A stretch of 64,000 nt of DNA from Patescibacteria group bacterium (GTDB lineage Bacteria; Patescibacteriota; Microgenomatia; Levybacterales; UBA12049): contig JBBTTO010000002.1 in NCBI GenBank assembly GCA_038064195.1, forward strand, positions 539,722 to 603,721, in the 5' to 3' direction. A program made the position numbers and the translations under genes. Below are positions 31,566-40,804 of this stretch, piece after piece (position 1 is the first letter of the stretch; every line of letters starts with the position of its first letter). The notes under the pieces are model-generated. The model was not told the DNA's origin. It saw only the letters and a list, made by a program, of their open reading frames with translations, and made no database searches.

Positions 31566-34436
31566 ATGGTAACGCAGTTCAAATCCGTCAGTCCCAAAGT
31601 CAATTTCCCTGAACTTGAGCAGGACATACTCACATTCTGGAAAGATAAAAAGATTTTTGAAAAGTCGATCGAGTCTCGCCCCGTAGACAAAAAATGGACC
31701 TTTTTAGACGGTCCGCCATTTGTCACCGGTATGCCTCATTATGGTTCATTACTTTCTAGTATCCCCAAGGACGTTTTCGGCCGTTATTTCACCATGAAAG
31801 GTTATCGTGTCAGGCGTGTCTGGGGTTGGGACGGGCATGGTCTGCCGATTGAGAATAAAGTTGAGAATAAATTAGAGATCAAACGTAAAAAAGATATTGA
31901 AGATGTCGTCGGAGTCAAGCGATTTATTGAGGAATGTAAAAAATACGTTACTGAGATCTCAGGGGAGTGGGAATGGTATGTCGATCATATCGGACGTTGG
32001 GTAGATTTTCAAAACGCCTACAAGACGTGGGATACGCCATACATGGAGTCGGTGATGTGGGTTTTCAGGCAGCTGTATGATAAAGGCCATATCTATAAAG
32101 GACTCAAGGTTACTCTTTACTGTCCCCACTGTGCCACCCCTATCTCCAACTTTGAAGTTGCGATGGATGCGGATAACTATAAAGAAGTCCCGGATGCAGC
32201 CACAACATACAAATACCAACTACGATCTACCAACTACGATCTACCAACTTATATTCTGGCCTGGTCGACCACTCCCTGGAACAAAATTGTGACACCGGCA
32301 CTAGCTGTCAATCCTGAGCTCACCTACGTCAAAGTAAAGCAAAACAATGAGTTTTATATTCTGGCCAAGCCGACACTCAAGATACTCGGAGAGACACCTT
32401 ACGAAATTGTTGAGGAAATGAAAGGTGAGGATTTGATCGGTACTAAATTTGTCCCGCACTATGATTACTATAAAATAAAAGAAGGGGAGAAAGCTTTTGT
32501 GGTCATCGGCGGTGACTTCGTGACAGCCGAAGAGGGGACAGGTGTCGTGACTATAGCAGCATATGGCGAGGAAGACTTGGTCGTTATGCTCAAAGAAAAC
32601 ATCCACATCGAAATGCATGTCGATGAGGAGGGTATTATAAAATCTGACGTGCCTAAATTTGGCGGGATGTATTATTTAAAGGCCAATAAAGCCGTTAATG
32701 AAGATTTGGCCTCTCGTGGACTGATTTACAAAGACGAAGAAGTACCCCACAATGTTCCCCTCTGTTGGCGTTGTCATACCCGGCTTTACTATGCGCCGAT
32801 TGACGCCTGGTATGTCAATATTCAGAACATGAAAGAACTTCTCAAAAAGACCAATGAAGACGTCAACTGGTTTCCTAAGCATTTTAAAACTGGCCGCTTT
32901 CTTAAAAGTCTTGAGAATGCGCCTGACTGGAATATCTCACGCAACCGCTACTGGGGATCGCCTGTTCCGGTCTGGGAATGTGAGTGCGGAGAGCGTTTTG
33001 TTCCCGGATCGATCAAAGAGCTTGAAGAAAAATCCGGGAAAGAAATAAAGGATTTACACAAACCCGAAATTGATGAAGTCACAGTTCCCTGTAGCAAATG
33101 CGGTAAGGATATGCATCGTGTATCTGAGGTTTTGGATAGTTGGATCGAAGCAGGGAGCGCGTCATTTGCCGAGAGACATTTCCCCTTTAATTCGACTGAA
33201 AAGCTGGAAGACTTTTTCCCGCCTGACTATATTGCTGAGTATACAGGACAGATCAGAGCCTGGTTTTATGTCCTCCATGTTATAGGTGGCGCGCTGTATG
33301 ATTCTCCCGCTTTCAAAAATGTTTCGGTAAGCGGTGTTATTTTAGGTACTGACGGGCGTAAGATGAGTAAGAATTTCAAAAACTACCCAGATCCGAAAGA
33401 AATGCTCGAGAAATTCGGGGGAGATGCTCTCAGGCTTTATCTCATGGGAAGTCCTGTGATGAACGGGGAAGATATCCTTATTTCTGAGGAGCAATATCGC
33501 AATCAAGTGCGTGGCATGATGCTTATTTTATGGAATGTCTATAATTTCTTTATTCAAAACGCGTTGATTGACGACTGGACACCGGGTGAGGAGGTAGCAT
33601 CAGAAAATGTTTTAGATCAGTGGTTGGTGTCTCTTCTTCATGGATTGGTCCGTGATGTAACAAAAGCGCTTGACTCCTATGACACGGTTGTCGCTATCGA
33701 TCAGATTAAAGTTTTTGTCGATAATTTTTCGACCTGGTATCTCAGACGAAGTCGTGATCGGGTCGGACCTAACGCAGATGATGACTCAGATAAAAATGCC
33801 TTTTATGCTACCTCCTACGAGGTGCTTGTTACACTGACTAAGCTTTTAGCCCCTATAGCGCCTTTTATTTCAGAGTCAATATATAAGAATTTGACTGATG
33901 AAGAGTCAGTGCATCTCTCAGATTGGCCTGCATTTGATGACTCAAAAATCAATAGAGAGCTGGAAGAGCAGATGGAGTTGGCACGTAGGCTAGTTGAGGT
34001 TGGACATTCACTTAGGAAAGAATTAGGCATTAAATTGCGTCAGCCTTTAGAGAGGGCATGGCATGATGAACCTAAAAAGAAAATCAGCAATATAGATGTT
34101 TTACATCTTGTTCTTGGGGAAGTGAATGTTAAATATTGGATCAATAACGAAGCTTATGATGAGTTTGAAAAAAAAGATGGGGTTAAGTTTAAAAATATTG
34201 ACGGGTTTACATTTTATCTTGATACGACTTTGACACCCGAACTTGAGGCTGAAGGACAAGCTCGAGAGATTATCAGAAAAATTCAGGATGAGCGAAAAAG
34301 GCTCGAAACCAGCCCAACTGAAGAGATAATCGTTACTCTTGAAGAGTGGCCTGAACAATTTGAGTCAGAGATAAAAAAGAAAACGCTAAGTAAAACTCTT
34401 TCCAAAGGACCTTTTAGTGTTACCCGTTTAACATGA
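31566..34436 (+). CDS. ileS: Isoleucine-tRNA ligase (probably IleRS2 type)
   Basis: DGPPFVTGMPHYG, GWDGHGLP, WSTTPW, DWNISRNRYWG and KMSK motifs. Confidence 0.95.
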   Translation: MVTQFKSVSPKVNFPELEQDILTFWKDKKIFEKSIESRPVDKKWTFLDGPPFVTGMPHYGSLLSSIPKDVFGRYFTMKGYRVRRVWGWDGHGLPIENKVENKLEIKRKKDIEDVVGVKRFIEECKKYVTEISGEWEWYVDHIGRWVDFQNAYKTWDTPYMESVMWVFRQLYDKGHIYKGLKVTLYCPHCATPISNFEVAMDADNYKEVPDAATTYKYQLRSTNYDLPTYILAWSTTPWNKIVTPALAVNPELTYVKVKQNNEFYILAKPTLKILGETPYEIVEEMKGEDLIGTKFVPHYDYYKIKEGEKAFVVIGGDFVTAEEGTGVVTIAAYGEEDLVVMLKENIHIEMHVDEEGIIKSDVPKFGGMYYLKANKAVNEDLASRGLIYKDEEVPHNVPLCWRCHTRLYYAPIDAWYVNIQNMKELLKKTNEDVNWFPKHFKTGRFLKSLENAPDWNISRNRYWGSPVPVWECECGERFVPGSIKELEEKSGKEIKDLHKPEIDEVTVPCSKCGKDMHRVSEVLDSWIEAGSASFAERHFPFNSTEKLEDFFPPDYIAEYTGQIRAWFYVLHVIGGALYDSPAFKNVSVSGVILGTDGRKMSKNFKNYPDPKEMLEKFGGDALRLYLMGSPVMNGEDILISEEQYRNQVRGMMLILWNVYNFFIQNALIDDWTPGEEVASENVLDQWLVSLLHGLVRDVTKALDSYDTVVAIDQIKVFVDNFSTWYLRRSRDRVGPNADDDSDKNAFYATSYEVLVTLTKLLAPIAPFISESIYKNLTDEESVHLSDWPAFDDSKINRELEEQMELARRLVEVGHSLRKELGIKLRQPLERAWHDEPKKKISNIDVLHLVLGEVNVKYWINNEAYDEFEKKDGVKFKNIDGFTFYLDTTLTPELEAEGQAREIIRKIQDERKRLETSPTEEIIVTLEEWPEQFESEIKKKTLSKTLSKGPFSVTRLT
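32214..32249 (+). repeat. Tandem 14-bp repeat (TACCAACTACGATC x2.5) inside ileS
   Basis: Directly visible; encodes YQLRSTNYDLPT. Confidence 0.85.
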
Positions 34437-35515
34437 GGAAAAAAAGTCTGCTCGGAATTGACTGGTGGCTATTTACTCCTGTTATAGCACTCATTGCTAT
34501 TAGCCTGGTGACACTTTTGTCACTGAATAAAGCTCTTTTCTTCAATCAGTTATTTACACTCTGTGTCGGTCTGGTGGGATTTTATCTTATCTCACGTCTT
34601 CGTATTGAGACGCTTCAGCAGCTAGCAGTTCCGATCTATATCGTCTCACTTATTTTACTCTTTATTGTTCTTATCATAGGCTTTGAAAGCCACGGAGCAG
34701 TACGCTGGATCTCACTCTTTGGATTTCCCATCCAGTTCTCAGAGGTTCTTAAGCCTTTTCTGGCCTTGGCTCTCGCGTCACATCTGAGCAAAGTCGACAA
34801 ATCATCATTCAAAAGTTTTTTAATGATAATAGTGCTATTATTGCCTGTATTTCTACTCATCGCTTTTCAGCCTGATTTGGGTAACGCGGTCATCTATGCC
34901 GGAGTCGTTTTGTTGGTACTTGTTGTGTACGGGTTTCCCTGGCGCTGGTTTTTGCTCCTTTTGTTACCTTTTCTTTTGGTTTCACCGGTTCTCTGGAGTA
35001 TCCTCCACGATTATCAAAGAAGACGCCTTTTGACTTTTCTTAATCCGACCAGTGATCCTTTGGGCGCGTCTTACAACGTTATTCAAGCCACGATAGCCGT
35101 CGGTTCGGGGATGTTTTTGGGCAAAGGACTAACGCAGGGCACTCAGTCCGGACTTCGTTTTTTGCCTGAACGCCATACCGACTTTATTTTTGCTACTCTG
35201 TCAGAAGGCCTGGGTTTTGTCGGAGGTTTTATCGTGCTTATTGCTTTTTTTGCTCTTAGTTTGAGGATTTATATGATTTTTAAAGAAATAGATGACTCAT
35301 TTGCCAAGCTTTTCAGCGTAATAATGTTTTTCTTTTTTGTGTCACATTTTTTTATCAATATAGGGATGAATGTGGGTTTGCTGCCTATTGTCGGTGTCAC
35401 CTTGCCGTTTGTTTCGTATGGAGGCAACTCATTGTTATCTAATTTTATTTTTCTGGGTATCCTGTCCGCGACAGCCGCTACTTATTCACGGCGTAATGTG
35501 CTGGAAATCAAGTAA
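34433..35515 (+). CDS. rodA: Rod shape-determining SEDS protein RodA
   Basis: QPDLG, DPLGASYN, FLPERHTDFIF and GVTLPFVSYGG motifs. Confidence 0.88.
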   Translation: MRKKSLLGIDWWLFTPVIALIAISLVTLLSLNKALFFNQLFTLCVGLVGFYLISRLRIETLQQLAVPIYIVSLILLFIVLIIGFESHGAVRWISLFGFPIQFSEVLKPFLALALASHLSKVDKSSFKSFLMIIVLLLPVFLLIAFQPDLGNAVIYAGVVLLVLVVYGFPWRWFLLLLLPFLLVSPVLWSILHDYQRRRLLTFLNPTSDPLGASYNVIQATIAVGSGMFLGKGLTQGTQSGLRFLPERHTDFIFATLSEGLGFVGGFIVLIAFFALSLRIYMIFKEIDDSFAKLFSVIMFFFFVSHFFINIGMNVGLLPIVGVTLPFVSYGGNSLLSNFIFLGILSATAATYSRRNVLEIK

Positions 35516-35542
35516 ACTTTCTGCTATAATGTCGTGACAACT

Positions 35543-35935
35543 ATGAACTACGCAGTCATCCGCACGGGTGGTAAACAATATAAGGTTTCAGAGGGTGATA
35601 TTATCACTATTGAGCGTGTATCTAACCCTGCTCAGGATCAGATCACGTTCACCGATGTATTGATGACCGCTCAGGACGGTCAGGCTAATTTTGGCCAGCC
35701 GCTTATTACAGGCATGACAGTTACCGGTAAAGTGCTTGAGCACATCCGCGGAGAGAAAATCCGTGTTGCGAAATACAAAGCTAAAGTACGCTACCGACGT
35801 GTTACAGGTCACAGGCAGGAGCTCTCTCAGGTTCAAATTGAATCTATCGGGGGAGCGAAAAAAACGTCTGTAAAAGCAGCAACTGAAGCCAAAACACCTA
35901 GCGAGAAAAAGACACGAAAATCTTCTCAAAAATAG
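35543..35935 (+). CDS. rplU: 50S ribosomal protein L21 with Lys-rich tail
   Basis: YAVIRTGGKQYKV and GHRQ motifs. Confidence 0.97.
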   Translation: MNYAVIRTGGKQYKVSEGDIITIERVSNPAQDQITFTDVLMTAQDGQANFGQPLITGMTVTGKVLEHIRGEKIRVAKYKAKVRYRRVTGHRQELSQVQIESIGGAKKTSVKAATEAKTPSEKKTRKSSQK

Positions 35936-35938
35936 CTA

Positions 35939-35982
35939 TTGACATCTGTGAAAACAAGGTCTATGATAATCTTGTTTTCACA
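35939..35982 (+). promoter_or_regulatory. Promoter with a 12-bp inverted repeat, upstream of rpmA-parB
   Basis: TTGACA-17 bp-TATGAT; TGTGAAAACAAG (35947-35958) and CTTGTTTTCACA (35971-35982). Confidence 0.6.
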
Positions 35983-36017
35983 ACGTCAAACGTTGCCGAG
36001 GTAAAGGAGAATAAAAA

Positions 36018-36269
36018 ATGGCACATACAAAATCACAAGGGGCAGTCAAAGGTAATAGAGATTCCATAGCCAAAAGACTCGGTGTCAAGGTATACGGCAA
36101 TGGTGTTGTCAAACCCGGTAGTATTCTCGTTCGTCAACGCGGGACACAGTTCCGCGCGGGTGAAGGAGTCGAAATGGGTAAGGACTTCACACTCTTTGCC
36201 ATTAAAAATGGTAACGTTAATTTTAAGACCCGTAAGGGAAAGAAAATCATTGAAGTAACCAATGGATAG
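36018..36269 (+). CDS. rpmA: 50S ribosomal protein L27
   Basis: MAHTK, RDS.AKRLGVK, RQRGT and GKDFTLFA motifs. Confidence 0.97.
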   Translation: MAHTKSQGAVKGNRDSIAKRLGVKVYGNGVVKPGSILVRQRGTQFRAGEGVEMGKDFTLFAIKNGNVNFKTRKGKKIIEVTNG

Positions 36270-37143
36270 TACAGTCGGTCAACTAACAGAACTCGAACCA
36301 GCCCAACTCCAGTCCAACCCTCTTCAGCCCCGTGGTGTCATTCTCCAGGACTCACTCACTGATCTCGTCGAGTCAATTCGTGAACAGGGAATCCTCGAGC
36401 CGATCGTCGTTGCCAAAACACCGGCAGGTTTTCAAATCATCGCAGGCGAGAGACGTTGGCGGGCAGCCAAGATTTTGGGTCTTCCCAAAGTACCGGTTGT
36501 GATCAGAGAGACGACTCCACAGGGGATGCTGGAGATGTCAATTGTGGAGAATGTGCAGCGGGAAGATCTTAACCCCATCGAAAGAGCTCTCTCATATAGA
36601 AGATTGATTGATGAATTCGGACTCGGTACCAATGAGGTCGCTAAGAGAATCGGTAAAAGTGCACCAACCGTCTCCAATACCATTCGTTTGCTTTCACTCC
36701 CCGATGCTATTAAAGATGCACTCGTTGCGGGTGTTATCACCGAGGGGCATGTACGTCCTCTCATATCACTTGGTGATCCTAAATTAATGCTTGAGCTTTT
36801 TAAGAGAATTCTACGGGACAATCTGACGGTTAGACAGACTGAGGACATATCACGCAAAGTAAAAGGTGAAGTCCAGCAAAAAGAGCCGATCACGAAAAAA
36901 GATCGACTTTGGGTACCTGAACAAGATACCATGGCCCAGCAACTTCAGGAAAAGTATCGGGTTGACGATGTAAAAATATTTCAGTCCAGCAAATTGGCCC
37001 GCATGACGATTGTTATTAAAGGGGATGTCGATGTCACGACCAAAAAACTCAAACAGCTTCATGAAATACTCAGCGGGGCGGATGTTAATGAAGAAAATCT
37101 TCAAGAAGAGCCGGCAGCTCCTGAAACCCTCACAGCTCAATAA
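36262..37143 (+). CDS. parB: ParB/Spo0J partition protein
   Basis: [28 protein letters not shown] and HTH. Confidence 0.93.
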   Translation: MDSTVGQLTELEPAQLQSNPLQPRGVILQDSLTDLVESIREQGILEPIVVAKTPAGFQIIAGERRWRAAKILGLPKVPVVIRETTPQGMLEMSIVENVQREDLNPIERALSYRRLIDEFGLGTNEVAKRIGKSAPTVSNTIRLLSLPDAIKDALVAGVITEGHVRPLISLGDPKLMLELFKRILRDNLTVRQTEDISRKVKGEVQQKEPITKKDRLWVPEQDTMAQQLQEKYRVDDVKIFQSSKLARMTIVIKGDVDVTTKKLKQLHEILSGADVNEENLQEEPAAPETLTAQ

Positions 37144-37148
37144 CTAAG

Positions 37149-37718
37149 CTATTTATAAGGATTTGAGATGGCGTGTGCTTCACTTATCGGCCAATAGACA
37201 AAGAAAGATTTACCGATCACCTCAGACTTTTTCAAAAATCCCCACTCCCGTGAATCAGAACTGTTAGCTCTGTTATCGCCCATAACAAAGATCTCGCCTG
37301 TAGGCACTTTTTTGGGTGCATTTTCAGGTAAAAATGTCCCACCAAACGTTTTGACATCAGAGCTGAGATAACTCTGTTCATTCAGTCTTTCACCATTGAC
37401 ATAGACGCTGCCTTCTTTGATCTCTACAGTGTCACCATTCATACCGATAACTCTTTTTATGAAATCCTTACTGCTATCAACCGGAGCCTTAAAGACGATC
37501 ACGTCCCCCTTATTAAGATGTCCCATTTTAAGTCCGATAATATTAGTGAAAATATATTCTTTATCTTTGTAGGTCGGGAACATCGAATCACCTGAGACCT
37601 GAAAAGGTCTAGCGATGATAAAATAAATCACCAAAAAGACGGCCAGTGCCATGCCGAAAGTCTGCAGAGTGTCTGAAAAAAATCCCAGGGCTTTTTTGTG
37701 AACAGGTTGTTGTTCCAT
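37149..37718 (-). CDS. lepB: Signal peptidase I
   Basis: GDSMFPT, FIKRVIG and GDNRANSSDSR motifs. Confidence 0.95.
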   Translation of the reverse strand: MEQQPVHKKALGFFSDTLQTFGMALAVFLVIYFIIARPFQVSGDSMFPTYKDKEYIFTNIIGLKMGHLNKGDVIVFKAPVDSSKDFIKRVIGMNGDTVEIKEGSVYVNGERLNEQSYLSSDVKTFGGTFLPENAPKKVPTGEIFVMGDNRANSSDSREWGFLKKSEVIGKSFFVYWPISEAHAISNPYK

Positions 37719-37789
37719 AATGATTGGTCTATTATTCAGGACTACGCACGATTTGTCAACCGCAATTCAATTTGCTAAGATTCCTGTAC

Positions 37790-37996
37790 GGTTGCATAGC
37801 TCAGCCCCGATTTAATCGGGGTCAGCAGGTTAGACCTGTCCGACATGTCTGGATCCTTAGCTCAGTTGGTTAGAGCGTTGCATTCACATTGCAAAGGTCG
37901 GAAGTTCGAGTCTTCTAGGATCCACATTCCGCGTTGGTTCCCTGCCCGCCATAGCTATCGCTAGGCGATTGCAGGCGGGGAGTCCAGCTGCGACCA
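37790..37996 (+). pseudogene. Disrupted outer tRNA (Val-like) whose 5' and 3' halves enclose the intact tRNA-Val
   Basis: Acceptor GGTTGCA/TGCGACC-A pairs; D-arm TAGCTCAG..GGTTAGA; T-arm GTTGG-TTC[39-nt insert]GAGT-CCAGC. Confidence 0.7.
37851..37924 (+). tRNA. tRNA-Val(CAC), CCA not encoded
   Basis: Acceptor GGATCCT/AGGATCC-A; anticodon arm TTGCA-TTCACAT-TGCAA; T-arm GGAAG-TTCGAGT-CTTCT. Confidence 0.93.
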
Positions 37997-38118
37997 CAGA
38001 TTATTTTCTCAGAAAATAGGTATTCCAATAGTAACATTCGGGTTAATGAAGGCTACTTATGCGCTTTCTTCTGGACTTTCTTGAATTTCCCGACGTTCAG
38101 GCATACGAGCTGATTATA

Positions 38119-38131
38119 CATTCCTCAGGCA
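38119..38131 (+). repeat. Partial ftsZ-tail core (copy 3)
   Basis: CATTCCTCAGGCA, a 13-bp exact match to the ftsZ core, at the left edge of the island. Confidence 0.5.
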
Positions 38132-38439
38132 TAAATGAAAATAGAGGGCTATTAATCCATAACTGGTTTGTGGATAGGTTAATAGACTTAAATAAATACC
38201 ATAAATATCTTGAATTCAAGTCCTTTTCATCACAATGAGATATGGTTCATAAGGTTGTGGTAGAGATGAGATCTTAGCCTTACTCTTTTCGAGGATTAGC
38301 CACAAATTGTGATAAAGTAGCCTCAAAAATTTCCGATCCACAACCCACAACTTGTGGTGTTTTAATACAGACAACAATCATTGTGCGACGTTAAAGCTTA
38401 CTTTTTGATAAACTTAAAGTTTTGATGTATAATTTCACT

Positions 38440-38856
38440 ATGAATCAATCTAAGGTGAACTTTATTCATTTATGTGATGCTGCAACTATTGACGGGTCAG
38501 GTAAATTAAATATGCTTGGAATATTTAGCATAATTTATCTACAAGAAATCCCTGGTAAGTTTCCAAAGTTCACTGCAGTTGTGAGTATCGGAATTGAGGG
38601 GAAAGAAGGCTCAAAAAATATTTTAGATATTAAAATTGTTGCGCCAGATAATAAAGATTTGACTGTTAACCCTCCCATAAAAACTGAATTTACTACACCT
38701 AAAATACCTTTTAAAAAAACACCAACGCTTAATTTAATTCTTGATATAGGCAATCTCGGATTTAACACTGGTGGGAAACACACCCTAAATGTTTTTTTAA
38801 ATGGGAAGAATATTGGTTCTAAAAGTTTCGATGTTGAAAAAAGAGAGGTTAAATAA
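38440..38856 (+). CDS. DUF6941-like beta-sandwich protein
   Basis: LCDAA...GKLNMLGIF motif. Confidence 0.65.
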   Translation: MNQSKVNFIHLCDAATIDGSGKLNMLGIFSIIYLQEIPGKFPKFTAVVSIGIEGKEGSKNILDIKIVAPDNKDLTVNPPIKTEFTTPKIPFKKTPTLNLILDIGNLGFNTGGKHTLNVFLNGKNIGSKSFDVEKREVK

Positions 38857-38858
38857 AT

Positions 38859-39359
38859 ATGTGGGTAACACCTATACCAGCAACTCAAACAGCCGTTAAT
38901 GATTTTTCAGAAAGAAACCAATTAACAAGTGGCTTCGTTAGCAATGCTTTGAAAGTGGAAAGCTTGAAACCATTGCAAAACCTAACATCGGTATACGTGT
39001 CTGGAGCAACAATTATTGAAGGCATCATAGCTTTCCGACCCCAGCCTATACAAAACATGCTCAGTTCTGGTGTGGTAACACTTGCGGGTAATTATCCTGA
39101 GGAACAGGGGTTGAAGGCATTAGATTTTGTCGATATGACAACTCAGACTATGTTAAATTATTTTGACCCAAGTATTCAAAGGGGTCTTCCTGCTCCTAGC
39201 GAAACTTTAGTAAAAGACGAACAAGATGAGCTTATAGATTATATGTTAAAAAATGAAAATGTAGAATTTCACCCTCATGCGAAAACCATGCAGATTACTG
39301 TAAAAATTGGCAAAGCAGAGCACATCGTCCCTCAAATATCTATAGATGATGACGAATAA
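38859..39359 (+). CDS. Hypothetical protein with acidic C-terminus
   Basis: Tightly coupled middle gene of a three-gene operon. Confidence 0.65.
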   Translation: MWVTPIPATQTAVNDFSERNQLTSGFVSNALKVESLKPLQNLTSVYVSGATIIEGIIAFRPQPIQNMLSSGVVTLAGNYPEEQGLKALDFVDMTTQTMLNYFDPSIQRGLPAPSETLVKDEQDELIDYMLKNENVEFHPHAKTMQITVKIGKAEHIVPQISIDDDE

Positions 39360-39910
39360 TGAGTCAAAGATTCAAATGGTATAAGCGAGTATCAAGTGCT
39401 TCAGATTTGGAGCAAGGGGATTTTATTTATGGGTGTCCAATTATTGTTCCCCCAGACGAATATCCTGAACGTTTAGAAAATGCAACCATAAATACCACAG
39501 TTAAATCAAATAACGTTATAATTCTGACTCAATCATGCGACTTAATTGGAACCAGAGATAAACCAGAAGTTATTTTGGTCTGTCCGTATTGGGAGTTTCA
39601 TGAAGTTAAAGAGTCAAATCCCACATTATTAAGTAAGAGCTTTATAGAATCTGTAAAAAAGGGCTATCGGCCACGCTTCCACATTCTTAATAAATGCGAT
39701 ATAAATGGACACAAAAAGGAATATATGCTAGTAGACTTTACATATGTCTACGCTATCCCTACAGTTTCGCTCCCTAAGATTTTAACTCGGAATAAGACTA
39801 GGTTAAGAATGCTTCCTCCATACAGAGAACAGTTTGCCCAATCTTTTGCACACTTTTATAGTAGAATAGGGTTGCCAGAAAATTTGCCTGCCGGAATCGG
39901 TAGCATATAA
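39359..39910 (+). CDS. Hypothetical QGD...LTQSCD-motif protein (possible PemK/MazF-like fold)
   Basis: LEQGDFI, VIILTQSCDL, VDF and YSRIGLP motifs. Confidence 0.6.
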   Translation: MSQRFKWYKRVSSASDLEQGDFIYGCPIIVPPDEYPERLENATINTTVKSNNVIILTQSCDLIGTRDKPEVILVCPYWEFHEVKESNPTLLSKSFIESVKKGYRPRFHILNKCDINGHKKEYMLVDFTYVYAIPTVSLPKILTRNKTRLRMLPPYREQFAQSFAHFYSRIGLPENLPAGIGSI

Positions 39911-39919
39911 ATCTGTTGG

Positions 39920-40059
39920 TTGACTTCTTAGAGCTTCTTTGTTAAATTCATCTTGTAGACTTAAAAAGCAAACTTTATTTTCAGGTGTTTTACTTGAATT
40001 TAGCTTCAAAAGTAGGGGATGACTCATGAATCCCCGCATTCCTCAGACAGCGTAATTAA
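39920..40059 (+). repeat. 110-bp arm + ftsZ-tail core, copy 4 (core 40030-40059)
   Basis: ATC CCC GCA TTC CTC AGA CAG CGT AAT TAA = IPAFLRQRN*; arm colinear with 41876-41986. Confidence 0.88.
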
Positions 40060-40125
40060 CTAGTTTTAGCTTCAACTTTCTAGTAAGCACCTTAGGGTGC
40101 TTTTTTAATTGTCATAGTTTCAGCA

Positions 40126-40798
40126 CTACCAATATACAATGTCGCCTTTAGCTGTGTATAAAACGATTTTAAAAAATCTACTTTGATCAACAATAACTTT
40201 TCTTATATATGAAGGTTTTATTGATATTTTCGAGATGGATTCATCGAGATTGAAAAGGTCTCTGTTGGCAAGAACGAACTTTCTCACTTTTGTCTCTTCA
40301 TTGTTAATAACACCATCTCTATGGACAAGAATGTTTCTGATCTCAATATAACGTTGAAGTGTAGTAAGAAGCTCATCTGAAAGTGAAGTTATATTTGGGT
40401 GATTGGATTTCTGTAGAAGCTCTCTAAACCATTTTTCGAAGAGGCTCATTTTATGTTCATGTTTAGGATTGTATGTTATTGAAGGGTTATTTTTCGAAAT
40501 TGTTCTGGAGATAAGATCAATATGCTTTTCAAATGCAGTGTTGAGTGTAATTCCCAAACCACTTAGCAAATTCCTTTCCAGCTCAGATATCATAAATGAG
40601 TCGTCTGAAAAGGAGTCGATTCGTGATTGGTAATACTCTTCGTTCTTAATTCGTTCATGCTCGTTTTCATTTATCCACTGTTGTGCAGAAACTTCGAGCT
40701 CGTCCTTTTTTTTTAGATATTAGTTCTTCAATTTCTCCAAGAACAAAAATACTTGTTTCAAAGTCAAAGTGAGGGTCAATAAATGATATTATTGGCAT
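40126..40798 (-). pseudogene. HEPN-like (RxxxxH) protein frameshifted at an A9 tract
   Basis: ATG at 40798 is 6 nt after the PIN gene stop; removing one A at 40706-40714 gives a continuous 223-aa ORF containing RNILVH. Confidence 0.7.
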
Positions 40799-40804
40799 TT
40801 TCTT

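Noticed and set aside
35947-35982. Canonical parS site
   Set aside because: Does not match the contiguous 16-bp TGTTTCACGTGAAACA; kept only as an operator-like repeat.
38168-38176. TGTGGATAG as a DnaA box marking oriC
   Set aside because: A single mismatched box, with no box cluster or dnaA/dnaN nearby.
39803-40039. 78-aa minus-strand ORF, and the 25-aa N-terminal extension of the PIN ORF (41855-41929)
   Set aside because: Both run across the non-coding arm repeats; the PIN motif starts at ATG 41854, which has its own -10 box.
40030-40059. ftsZ-tail copies as expressed FtsZ-mimic micropeptides
   Set aside because: Copies 4 and 5 have an in-frame TGA immediately before the Ile codon, copy 2 has a stop a few codons upstream with no ATG, and nearby ATGs are in other frames.
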